Below are positions 23,701 to 35,900 of a stretch of 64,000 bases of DNA, piece by piece; within the stretch, counting starts at the first letter, position 1, and every line of letters begins with the position of its first letter. The stretch covers positions 47,656 through 111,655 of the forward strand of contig NW_004797366.1 in the NCBI RefSeq assembly GCF_000002075.1, given 5' to 3'. A program made the translations under genes and the position numbers. The notes beneath the pieces were generated by a model. The model saw nothing but the letters and a program-made list of their open reading frames with translations, was not told where the DNA came from and did not search any database. The DNA is from Aplysia californica (Eukaryota).

Positions 23701-26700
23701 CTTCTGTATTTTTCAGTGGACGCTCGTGCTCTCTCTCTGGACACTCGCAATGTGGCTCCAAGGCTGGCTCCCACTAAAGAGATCCTGTCCTTCCGAGCAT
23801 ACGCAGCTCGCAGGCGTCTGAACCGGCTGCGGAGAGCTGCATGCGAGTTGTACCAGTCGCAGAAGGTCGTCGAGATCATTCGCCGAGTGGAGGTAGAGGT
23901 AGAGAGTCGCAGGATTACAGTGCGCAAGGAGAAGATGGTGCATGCTGACCTCGGTAAGGGAGAATTTGTTGTTATGGTGAAAATAAGTGTATAGTCTATA
24001 AGTATACAAAAGAATGCCTTTATTTTTAATCTAACTATTGCTTCATTATGCATCTAAGAACCACTGCTCTTAACAGTGAAGAACCATTTAAAGAATGCCT
24101 TCTATTTTCCTCTGTCACAGACACAAATCAAATGGACATGGCTTTTACGAGTTAGAGCCAGAAAGGCTTGTTATGTTATCATTAAGACAAAAGTTCTTTA
24201 CTCTATTTCTCCTGAATGAAAAGAAGTAGTTCGCACTAAGAGTAGAGAATGAAGAAGTTGACATGAAGCAAGTGCCATTTTGCTTCGTGGTTGCAAGTTA
24301 GTCCTTGACTTCTCACTCAAGTATTGCACATTATTATTTGAGTATTTAGAGAACGTTTTACTTTCTTATTTTCTTAGAAAAATTTTTTTGGAAAAATATT
24401 AATATTAATTTATTTTCCTGACCCATAGAAATAAATTAGACGAGGGGAAAAAAGCTAGTTTACTGAAATTCTATTTTTTGTTTCTCCCTGAAGGAATCAA
24501 GCAAAAGATGCTGGATCTTCTACTTCAGTACAGCTCCTTGTGGCTTCGTGTGGGACTCGAGGTAAGAGTTGGAGAGAAAGACTTTTATCAACAGTGCCAG
24601 AATCATCTCTTCTAGTAGAGTGAATTTAATCCCCTTCGGGTTTTGTAGCAATCATAAAATGTGTTTAGAGGAAAAATTTATTGAATTAATTAAATGTTTT
24701 TTTTTTTCTAAAAGCTGAAATGAAAGTACTGGTCTTATTTTTAAGATTCTTTTTATTTTGTTTTAGTATGGGACCAGTTAGTTAGGGTGTGCTTCTATGG
24801 TATCTTTCACCCCTTCCACCCCCTATCTTATATCTATTCAATGTCTTACCTTAATGGTCATACTAAATATTGTAATCAACTGTTACCGTGCTTTATGTAA
24901 ATTTGGAAATCAGTGTGTCAACTTCACTTTTAAGGTGAGTTTGGAATGTGCTCCTTTATATTAAAAAAAGCCATATACATCATGTTTTTTGTCTCACAAT
25001 ATTTTTGGCTTTATTTGCACATGCAGACAGTGTTTGGAGAAATTCTAATGCTCCAGTCCAATCAAGATGTCGTGGGTCTGTCCAGATTTATTGTTACCCG
25101 TCTGTTGAGCTGCCCAGACATAGCTGCAGAGTATTCGCATCCAACAGTTCCACATCTGTATAGAGATGGTAAGTGTGGAGAATTTGACTATCAAAACCCC
25201 TTTTGATCACTGTAGTCAAGAGCAGAAGGAGTGAAGGAAAGAAAAGACCGCCTTGTTTGTCAATGCATGTTCATTTGTTGTAAACGAGTTTTTAATTTGG
25301 GTGTGCTGGTAGTTCACTTGGTTTAATGCTGGTCTTCTATGCTAGTGAGCCTGTCTCTGATCTCTTTTTCCATCAGTCTTTCTTTCTTCACACCCTTTCT
25401 CCTTCACAGCATTCTCATTATTGTGATGTCTCTTTGGTTTTCAAAACTCACCACTGATGTGGCGAGGCAGAATCAGAGGTGCATGTTAAATCTTTGGTCA
25501 TGCCTCTAAAATGATTTAACTAAGTAGAACAAAAATGAGCATTAGAACTTGTAATGTACCGTATTATTTGATTATCATTCATGACTCAGAAGTTGAGATT
25601 ATGGGCAGTTATTTTGATGTTACACTATAATTTCTAAATCCAATGTTTGTCCTGGCATTGCAGCTTTCCTTGTGCTAGGATTCATCCATCTCCTTGGTGT
25701 CGCATATTTATAAATCAGCTCTTTTGACTAGATGTAGTCTTGTTACAAGCAAAATTGTCCACTTCCTTTTCACATACCTATAGGCATGGTTGTCTGTTTA
25801 TCGATGGGCAAATCTTTGCACCTAAAGACGATATACACTGGGGATTTGGTGGCCATGGGAATGAAGGATTATGCAGCACCAATATGGGATAGTGATGAGT
25901 ACTGATACTGTTTGCTGAAGAGGTGTGAATTTCTGTTCTTTATGGTTCAAAGTTCAGGACACATTGCTGTGCTTACCTTCTGTTCTTTAGGTTTTCAAAC
26001 ATTTATTACGGAATTGCAGATATAAGTTAATTTGTGAACATTTGTACGCTACAATTGAGAAAAAATTATGTTTTTGGGAACAGGCTTTGCAGCAGCGGTG
26101 TCCAGACACATGGTGAAAAAGTTTCTCCTGATGGTGTACTTCATGGACACAGCAAAGACTGACAGACTCATCGATCACGACCCGTGTCTATTCTGCAAGG
26201 ATGCTGAGATCAAGGTTAGTTGCTTGGTTTTTATATTTTATACTAGCAATGACAGTTTGGTGACTGTTCTTTTGTAGTGAATGATTAACATTCATCGAGT
26301 ATATAGATTTTTTGGGGGGTGTGTGTTTTTTTACATCTAAATCATCCCCATCTTATTTCTTTTACTGAACTTTGTGGAATTTTTCTTCCCACCAGCGGGT
26401 GGTCGGCGAGTGCTCTGATAGGATTTGCTCCTTCTTTCTTACCAAACATCTGTCGTCCTTATCTCTCCTCCTCCATTTTTGTGTTTGTTACTCTCTTGAA
26501 ACACCTCTAATCTTCGGCACTTATATGACCTTATTGTGTTGCAAGTGCCGTAAACCTCTTACTAAAACTAAAACTCCCCACCATCTTTTGTTACAGTCTA
26601 GCAAAGAGATTCTGGTCCAGTTCTCTCGAGAGGTGCTCAGTGGGGAAGGGGACATAACCCGACACCTGGCCTACATGGGGTACACGGTCAGCCAAGTCCA

Positions 26701-26875
26701 GCAGCCCATCGATGAGTTTGACTACGCAGTGGCTTGTCTCAGCAAGGACCTCAAGGATGGACTGCGCCTTGGGTTAGGGAATGTTTCAGAATTTACCATC
26801 TTCTTTTTCTGTTTCCTATCTTTTTTCCATCAGCTTGTCTGTTTTTTCCTTAGTTTTTGTCAGTCCATTACCCCC

Positions 26876-26939
<64 letters not shown>

Positions 26940-29900
26940 TGGGTGGTTGGCGGGTGCTCTGATGTGGTGTGCTCCTTCTTTCCTATAAAAAATCTATCAA
27001 CTCTATCTCCCCTCTTTCTTTTTTATGTTCGTTACTCTTGTAACACCTCTAATCTTCGGCACTTATATGACCTTATTGTGTTGCAAGTGTCGTAAACCTC
27101 CTACTAAAACTAAACTCTCTCTCTCCCTCCCTCCCACCCTGTCCTTTTCTCCTTTCCACTTTCCCCTTTTTTTTCTGCCCTCCTCCTCTTTCTTCCTCTT
27201 TCAATCTGTGGCTGAAAGCACAGATCTCTGTTAGCTATTACCAAACTTCTCACACATACACCCATCCTCTTCAACCTCTCACTCTTGTGTTTTGGATTTG
27301 GAAACTGGCAAAAATCCACGGTTCAGCATATTTTTTCCTTGATTCTAAAGCCATATAGGTGTTAATTGGTAAATCATTGAAGGATAGGAGCTTTTCTTTA
27401 TTTGCTGTTGGTCATAGACAAACTAAAAGACAGCTGTATGCATGGGTCAAACAACAGTTGTGAGTCTATTTTTTAAGAAATATATTAAAATAAGCGCCCT
27501 TGCAATGCTAAAATCCATCTGTATGAGGCAGGCAAGAAACATAAACAGCTCCTTTAGCTTTGAAGATGGAGCATGCTGTAGATTAAAGATGTTATGAACA
27601 TCTTCAGAGGCATAATCAGGGATGAGACAATCACCCAGGGCTTGGATGTGCCAAAATTAGAGAATGTGGCGAGGGACAGTCAAGCATGGTGTGTCGACTG
27701 CTCTCCGCCTTATATGTACCTGATGGTATATTGAAAGAGTAAAGTAAAAACTGATTGTGAGCTCACTGAACATTTGGTTTCCTTAAGCACGGTTATTTCT
27801 TCCTTTTTTCCTTAGCTTTGGCTAGATTGAGCAGGTAAGGTAGTTCCACTGTATACTATTTTAATAGAGATATAAAAAATTGAATGACTTTTGTTTTAAG
27901 GGTACTTTATGAAAGGTTTGGCTAGATTGAGCAGGTAAGGTAGTTCCACTTGTATACTATTTTAATAGAGATATAAAAAATTGAATGACTTTTGTTTTAA
28001 GGGTACTTTATGAAAGGTAGTCGCCATAAGGAGTGGTCGCCATGACAACTTTTATTTTATCTACGTTTCCTTTTGACCTGTGTCCAGCCGAGTCCTGGAG
28101 CTGTTGGCCGGGGACAGCAGCGTGATGGGTAAGCTCCGAGCCCCTGCCATTAGTCGCTTGCAGAAGGTACACAACATGGAGGCTTTCTTTAAGGCTATGG
28201 CTAAACGTGGACTGGAATTCAACACTCTGGAAGGTAGATCTGTCTGTTTTAGTCATCGTTTCTTGTCAAAATATGTGTATGTATGACTTAGAAATGGGTC
28301 TGGAAGTCACAGAAGGTTAATTTGAGCAAATGGAATATCGTGAAAAATGTTTTTTTGGGGGGGGGGGGGGGGGGGGGGATTTAGATTCGTCAGGATATCG
28401 CCTCATCAACCATTTTAATTCATTTGCAAAAAATACTCTGCGCCAATTATTCATCTAAATATGTTTTTGAGAGCTTTTAAAAAAACTCGCTGTTCTTAGC
28501 TTAATGTGACCTTATTTGGTTATGTCTTTGTCTTTTGTATGTGTAAATATATAAAAATGTTTCCTACGGTTCTTTCCAAGGAAATAGTTATTGAAAAAGC
28601 CTTTAGCCTAATCGGATAAAAAATATCTGTCAAACTAGGTTGTCTCTTGACATTCTTTGACACTAAAAATATCTCAATAATTTATGGCGTAGGTAATTGA
28701 TCAACTACTGGTAAATAAATTGAGGCCCCCCAAAAAACAGTAAAAAGATGCAAATGCAATGAGTTAAATGGGCTTTTCATGAGCTCAAAATTTTGTTGTT
28801 TTTTTCTTTCCACCAGGTGTCGCTGTCACTGCCAGAGACGTCGTGGACGGTCATAGAGAGAAGACTCTAGCCCTTTTGTGGCATCTGATCATTCACTTCC
28901 AGGTTAGTTAAACTAAAACGTATGTCAGCGATCTTTTGTCTTTCAAGCCCTGCAAGCCCATGATCAAACGTGGCTCACTGTCGACACTGTTCAATATCCT
29001 GCATTTTTTTTTTGGGTGTGGAATGTGTTACTCTATTTTGATTATTTCTTACCATTACTGAAATGTCGGTTATAAATATTAAACTCAATAAATACTTCTT
29101 TCAAATTAATTTCTGTTTCTTATCTCTGTATACCTTTTTTATTTAGAATAGGTAAACCAATATAGATGTAGAATACTTTGAAGCACAAAAAAGTGCATCT
29201 TTTGCCATATATTATTATCATCACTCCTTTGCGAGCTGATACATTCTCCCTATCACATTTTCGTGTAAATCCACCTACAACTGAATTTGGAAAGAGAAAT
29301 TCTTTTCCTTTGTGACCATTGTAGGGAGAATTGATGCCAACCTCTGGTCTCATCACACAATTCTAATGTGTGTGTGTGTGCTAGCTTAGTTTGTTACTTT
29401 TTGCAAATGATCTTGACCAACTCGCATGGTATCATGGTCAACTTTGAGCTAAGAAGATGGAATTGGCACTGTTATTTACATCCCTGTTGATATGAAGAGT
29501 TTTTCTATTGTCTCTGATTTGTCTTCCCAGAATTCTGTGCAGGTGAATGAAGAACATTTGCGAGAGGAGATCAGTCTGCTGGAGAAGTCGCTGCGACTGA
29601 CGGTGGCTCTGCAGAGTGTCGGAGCCATCCTGGCCCGCGGCTGTGAAGGTCAGTGCTTTCTAAAGTCCGTCATCAGTTCCGCGCAAAAGGGGATTGTCTA
29701 CAGATAGATTTGTACTTGAACATTGAAGTGATTCTGTTTTTGCATAACATGTCCTTGTATCAATTGTCATAATATATTAATGCAGAGTACAGTTCATCTG
29801 TAAAAATTTGACATCAAAGACAGTTGTTATCTTTCTCATCCTTACTGACGTTGTTGACAAATTTATTCTCATATGGCCTTTATTCTCTTTCACCAGAAAT

Positions 29901-32900
29901 CATTGTCGCATTTACTTTTTTTTTGGTGACATCTTGAGGACATTTTTAAAGCTTATTCTGGCATATGATGAATGATAATGATATATAATGGAGTGCATTT
30001 TGACTTTATCGGTCACTTTGGGTTGTTTTTTTTCCACTTCCATATGGCCATTTTGTTATTGGTGTGTTTCTCTTTAACTCAAACAAACTGCCGTACTCAA
30101 ACCAATCACATACTGATGTCTTTGTATAATAGCTAGGCCCTTTGCCATACGAAGTTTGGTCCTGTCTGGGGAAGTTACTCTATCAAGTATTTCTGTCTTT
30201 CTGTTTTGGATGTTGCATCAGAAGGCAGGGTCAAAACAGCTTGCCTCCCAAATTATCTAGATTATGTTGATGGGACTGCTGAACATTTACGATAGTTAAA
30301 AAATCAATTTTCATGACATGTCTGATGCCTGCTGTTCTCTCTTGTATTTTGTTCCCCAGCCCGCAGAGACTCTGGCGACTCCAATCTTCCCCAAGACAAT
30401 GAGATGATGAGATTGGTGTTCCAGTGGTGCCGCCTGGTCGCCTTGCACTATGGGGTTAAGGTATGTGAAATCTGCCTGTTACTGAAGGAAAGGATGCATT
30501 GCAATAGAAGATTGTATGCAATTTCAAGTCTCGCGTCCAGCCATCATAATGTTCTCAGATGAATAGCTTTATCTGAAAAAGGATTGAAATTAGATCTTTA
30601 TTGAAAAGTGCTTGGTTAGTTTTTCATTGTGATTTTTGGTTCTTTTAAAAAATTTTACTGTATATTTGTATGCTCATCTGATGTTTCAGGAAAAATACTT
30701 ATATTGTTTTCACACCGTGAAATGTAATCTTCTTGTATTCCTCTCTTACATATATTGAACACTTTGTTTCCCATGTAGTGCTCTATTGGCACACTAGAAA
30801 GTTCAGTTGTTTCCCATGTAGTGCTCTATTGGCACACTAGAAAGTTCAGTTGTTTTTGCTTTTTTTTTCCTTTGTCCTTCAAAATAATGTATGGCGAGGT
30901 CCTACACTAAGATGTTGATGTGTGTTTTAAAACAAAATTATCTGTATCGTCTAGTCTCCATCCAGTTAAATGTCTGTGATATCTTTTTACGGACTTAACC
31001 GGGTACTTCATGAACCATGGCCCACAAATCGGGTTTAATCTGCATCCAATGTCCTCAGGTGGAAAATTTCACTGTGTCATTCTCGGATGGGCGAGCCCTT
31101 TGCTGTCTGCTCCACCATTATCACCCAGCTCTCCTGCCGCTAGAAGAGATCAACTTCCGAACTACTGTCAGTTTCCAGGAAGAGGCGGAGCAGCGATGTG
31201 AGGCTGGGGCAGACCCGGACACGAGCGCTGACTGGGGGACTGGAGGGGGGCTGCTGCAAGGGGGTAAGTCTTTTTTTCGTTCTCCTGTATCTTATCGGAG
31301 CGGGTAAGGGGTTATTGTTGTACGACTTTTGTATTTCTTTCTTTAGGTAATTTTTTAAAGTTAGTATTTTTTAGGAAATCATTGAGAAACGGGTTGATTT
31401 TTCTAAACATGAAATATGTCTTTCTTTGTTGTTTCTGTCTTTGATTTAAATTACGAACAAAAATCATGTCACACTTTTAAATGTCATTCACTCTGAAAGT
31501 CACTTTCTTTGTGTCTCGAAAAATCATTTCTCTTATTTCTCTACAGAGGATGACCCTGAAATGTTTGATCAATTGCTGGCAAATGAGAAGGCCAATTTCA
31601 AAACACTATATGAAAAGGTGAGTAAATTTGCCTCTATATGCAGAGGCTGAAGAAAGAGAAATTGTGTTGTGGTGCAGTGGAATCAGGCGCTCGCCCGTTT
31701 TTGGGCATACAGAGTTATTGGTTGTTGTTGTTGTTGTTGTTAGCGATCCAGTAGCATATGAGCGTTGACTCTTCTTCATGATGCCATTCTGTAATAGCTG
31801 CATGTCTGTTCTAATTGTTGTTTTGAGGAGTAGAGACAGTTAGATGTGTGGGGTAGCTTGGGAAGAAAACATCCCCTTAAATCAGTTAGTTTTCTGCAGA
31901 ACAGATGATGTTCCTCTGTCTCTGGGGAGTAGTCACGTAGTGGGCAGGCAGCATACTGCTTTACTCCAGTTTGGTTGAGATGTTGATTGAGGGGTACATG
32001 TTGTGTTCTAAGTTGGAAGATTATGGATTGATCTCACCTCCTCAACTCATTGATTGAATCTTTAACCAGTGGTTTATTCATGTGGCCATACATCATCCTT
32101 CCTGTCGTACCTGTGGTCCCATCGTTCATCCAGTCTTCCTTGAGGTTTGACTTGATCATTTTGCAGCAGGTGGTGAAATCAGTAGGAATATCAGGCCGAG
32201 GGAGGCTAGCTCCTTTCTTTGCCAGAGCATCAGCTCTTTCATTTCCCGGTATCCCAGTGTGGGTAGGAATCCATTGTAGGACTACTCTGATCTGGTGCCT
32301 ACTTATCAAATTATGTAGCAAGTGGGTTAGTGTCAAACAAGTAGTTGATGTAGTTTGCTGTGTTGGTGATGGCCTGTTATTCAGCAATGAAATTGGAGCA
32401 GAAGGACCCGCTGGAGACCTCTTTTTTTATCCCGTTGGGCAAATTGATCACTGACCATATCCAGCGTTGATTGTTGCCTTAAAGGCGGGTCCATCAGTGT
32501 ATCAGTGGATCCATGTTGGTGGATAAGAGTCTATTGTTTCAAGGGCAGAATATTTTAGTGCCACAGGATATGTGTTTTTATTGCTCTTGTCCAAAAGTGT
32601 TTTCCTAATTTCTGGCTTTGCTATGGTGAGAATGTGGTGGGAGAGTTTAGGGAACTCTTTCCAGAGGTTCTCGTCTTTCAGAGAGGTGATGTTTTTCTTT
32701 GAGATTGAGGACAGTGTTTTTATCTTCTCAATCCTAAATTTTCTTTTTTTTTTTTCCTTCTCAAGTGTTCTTTTGATGCCATTGGTTGGCCCTACTTTTT
32801 TTTACCCTCCCTCTGCTGTTTCTGTGTATCCATCCTGCTTTTCCCTACCACAGAATGATTGTTATTGTGTGGATGTGTATCTGTTAACTCAAAGAAATAA

Positions 32901-35900
32901 ACAATGAACTGTGTCTGACCCATCTCAGGTGTCAGCCCTCGGAGGTGTCCCCCTCATGCTGAAGTCTGGAGACATGTCCAACACCATCCCAGACGAGAAG
33001 GTTGTGTCGACGTACGTGTCGTATCTCTGCGCCCGACTGCTGGACATCCGGCAAGAAGTTCGTGCAGCGAGAGTGCTGCAGATGGCTTGGAGGAGAAAAA
33101 GGCTGAGGCGAGCTCTACGGGAGAGGAAGGTATGGGGATTTTGTCTACCTTGGCTTTGCATATTCGCAAACTGTTTTAGGTGGCTTGTTTTCTCAATTAT
33201 CAGCTCGTGAAAGCCTGGTCAGTGAATAGCTTTTGGGTATTTTTTTAGTCGTCTTAGATGTAGAAAGTTGAAAAAGAGTAGTCCTGATAGTGCCAGAGAC
33301 CTGATCCTGATAAGTGGGGGAAAAAAATGTGCATAGGTAAAAATGTCGTATACTGCCAGCTATTTTATTGCTCCACTGACAATAATCACAGTAAGTCTTT
33401 TTGCCTCATTTGAAGTATGCTGTACCTAGTCTTTGTTCTTATGATGTGAACAAGATGCTGAGACAGGATTATAACTAACTAACATTCTCTTGCTTGAATA
33501 AAGTAACCATCATTGTGTAAAATACGTAGCTAGGGTACCAGGGCAAAAGGGACAAATATATGCAGTGTTGCTTTGCTAGTTGTGGTAAAATTGGTTTCTT
33601 CAATTTTTCTTGTGAAGTGATAGCTGGTGGTCTCTGTTGCTGTGTCAGTGTAATCAGTCTACTTAGCAAACCATAACTCATTAGTTGGCTCTAATGTACA
33701 TTTGTCTTCTTTCCTCAGATAAGAATTGAAGCAGCTGTGAAAATACAGCAATGGATTCGTCCACTCTTAGCCCAGAGGTTTGCCCATCAACGTGCACTTG
33801 CTGCTGTTCGCTTGCAGTGTGCATGGAGACGTTTCCGTGCCTGTAAGATGTTGGCTCATCTCCGACAAGAGAAACTGGCAAAAGCTGAGCTGGAGAGGAA
33901 AGCATCGGCTGCTACTACAATTCAGCGCACATGGCGTGCGTCTATGATTCGCAGGAGAGAAGCTAAAGTCAAGGAGATGGAGAAGAAGAGAGTTATATAT
34001 GAGATGCAGCAGAAAGCAGCCACAACTGTTCAGAGGCATGTGCGAGGTCTGCAGTGCAGGAGAGAGTTTGTGAGATCAAAACAAGCAGCGGTCTGTGTAC
34101 AGTCTGCTTGGCGGCGCCATCAGGCAAAGAAGAGTTTGGAAATGTTGAAGAAGGAACGGGTGAACAAGTCAGCAGTCGTGATTCAGAAGTTTATGCGAGG
34201 GAGGCTCTGCCGTAAAGGATTCCTTACCTCAAAGCAAGCCGCCGTGACTATTCAGAAACAGTGGAGAATGAAACTAGCACAGAAGTTTTTGGTTTGTCTT
34301 CGAACACAGAAAAAGACGATGGCTGCGACTGTCATCCAGAAGCATGTCAGAGGAAGGCTGTGCAGGAGAGAGATAGAGGGACTGCGTGGGTCAGCTCTCA
34401 TCCTTCAGAAACTGTGGAGAGCAAAGAAAGCCAGGGAGGTAGTAGAGAGTCTACGCGCTGAGCGACAAAAGGAAGCTGCGGTGCTTGTCCAAAGCGTGGT
34501 AAGGTGTGCCTCTGACAGAAGAAAGTTTTTGAGGCTGAAGAGGGCTGCTGTGTGTGTGCAGACACAATGGAGATGTGTGTTAGCACAGAGAGAATTTATG
34601 AGGCTCAGACTAGAGAGGCAAACTCATGCAGCTGTTGTCATTCAGAAGAATTTCCACAGGTTCAAAGCTAAGAAAGAATTATATGCCTTGAGGTGTGCTG
34701 CTGTAGTCATCCAGAAACTTTGGAGGGCACGGCAGGCAAGACTAGAACTGAGAAAGTTACGTGGTCAGCAAAAGGACAGAGCTGCTTTGATACTTCAGAA
34801 ACATGCGAGAGGGTTTCTGTGTAGGAAAAATCTTCAAAGGTCACAGATGGCAGCCCAAAAGATTCAGGGCTTGTGGCGAGTCTGTCTGGCACGGCGAGAG
34901 TTGTTGAGGCTTCGAGATCAGAGGCGGAAGAGTGCCACCATTATTATACAGAAAATGTTTAGAGGCTTACAACAAAGACAAGCTTTTGCCAAGATCAAGG
35001 GGTCAGTCATCACGCTTCAGAGTGCCTGGAGAGTGGTCAGGGCTCGCAGGCTGTTCCGGAAATTGAGAGAAGAGAAAGAAAACAAATCTGCACTTTGTAT
35101 ACAAAGCAACTGGAGAATGTTTCAAGCCAGGCACTCCTTCATAAGGCAGAGACAGGCAGCGGTTCTAATGCAGTGTTACTGGAGAGGTTTTCTGACGAGA
35201 CGTCAGCTGGAGAAGTCACAGGAAGCAGCCATGGTCATTCAGTGCTGGTATCGAGCCTGTGTAGCAGCTCGGCACCAGAGACTTGAGTTCATAGAGAAAA
35301 AACATTTGGCTGAGCTTGTACAGAAGATGTGGAGAGGTTATCTGGCCCGCAGGAACTATCAGAGAGAAAGACAAGCTGCAATTGTCATACAAGCACATTT
35401 CCGCTGTTTCAGAAGGAGGCTCAAGTTTCTGGCTCTCCGCCTGGCCTCCGTGATCATCCAGAGAGGTTACAGAAATTACCGGTTAGGGAAGCAGACTCGA
35501 CAGGAGTACATCGCCATAACTCAAGCCGCATGCACGCTACAACGATGGTACAGGAAGTGCTTAGAATTGCGACATGCTCAACAAATTTCTTCTGCCATAA
35601 AGATACAGGCTGCCTTTCGAGCCTACAAGACTCGTCAAATGGTTACAACTAAAAGAAATGCTGCATTGGTTATCCAGATGAAATTCAGAGCACACCTGCA
35701 GATGAGAGAAGAAAGGAGAAAATTTTTAGAGCAAAAACAAGCAGCTGTAACTATCCAAAGCTGCTTCAGAGGTTATAGGGAACAAGTCATGTATAAAAAT
35801 ATCCTCACATCTGCCATAAGAATTCAAGCTCTTGAGAGGAAAAGGCAAGATAGGAAGAGGTTCTTGGCTTTGAAGCAGGCGGCAGTGATTTTGCAGAGAA

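Noticed and set aside
25885-25925. Intronic C/D box snoRNA (GTGATGA...CTGA)
   Set aside because: Too short, with no terminal stem or recognisable rRNA guide.
26372-26596. Recurrent peptide [13 protein letters not shown] in several ORFs, suggesting a small Cys-rich gene family
   Set aside because: It is the translation of the family-B retroposon tail; frames and starts are not preserved between copies.
30764-30855. CRISPR-like direct repeats
   Set aside because: Only two abutting copies with no spacers, in a eukaryotic intron. The same applies to 20808-20888 and 27817-28017.
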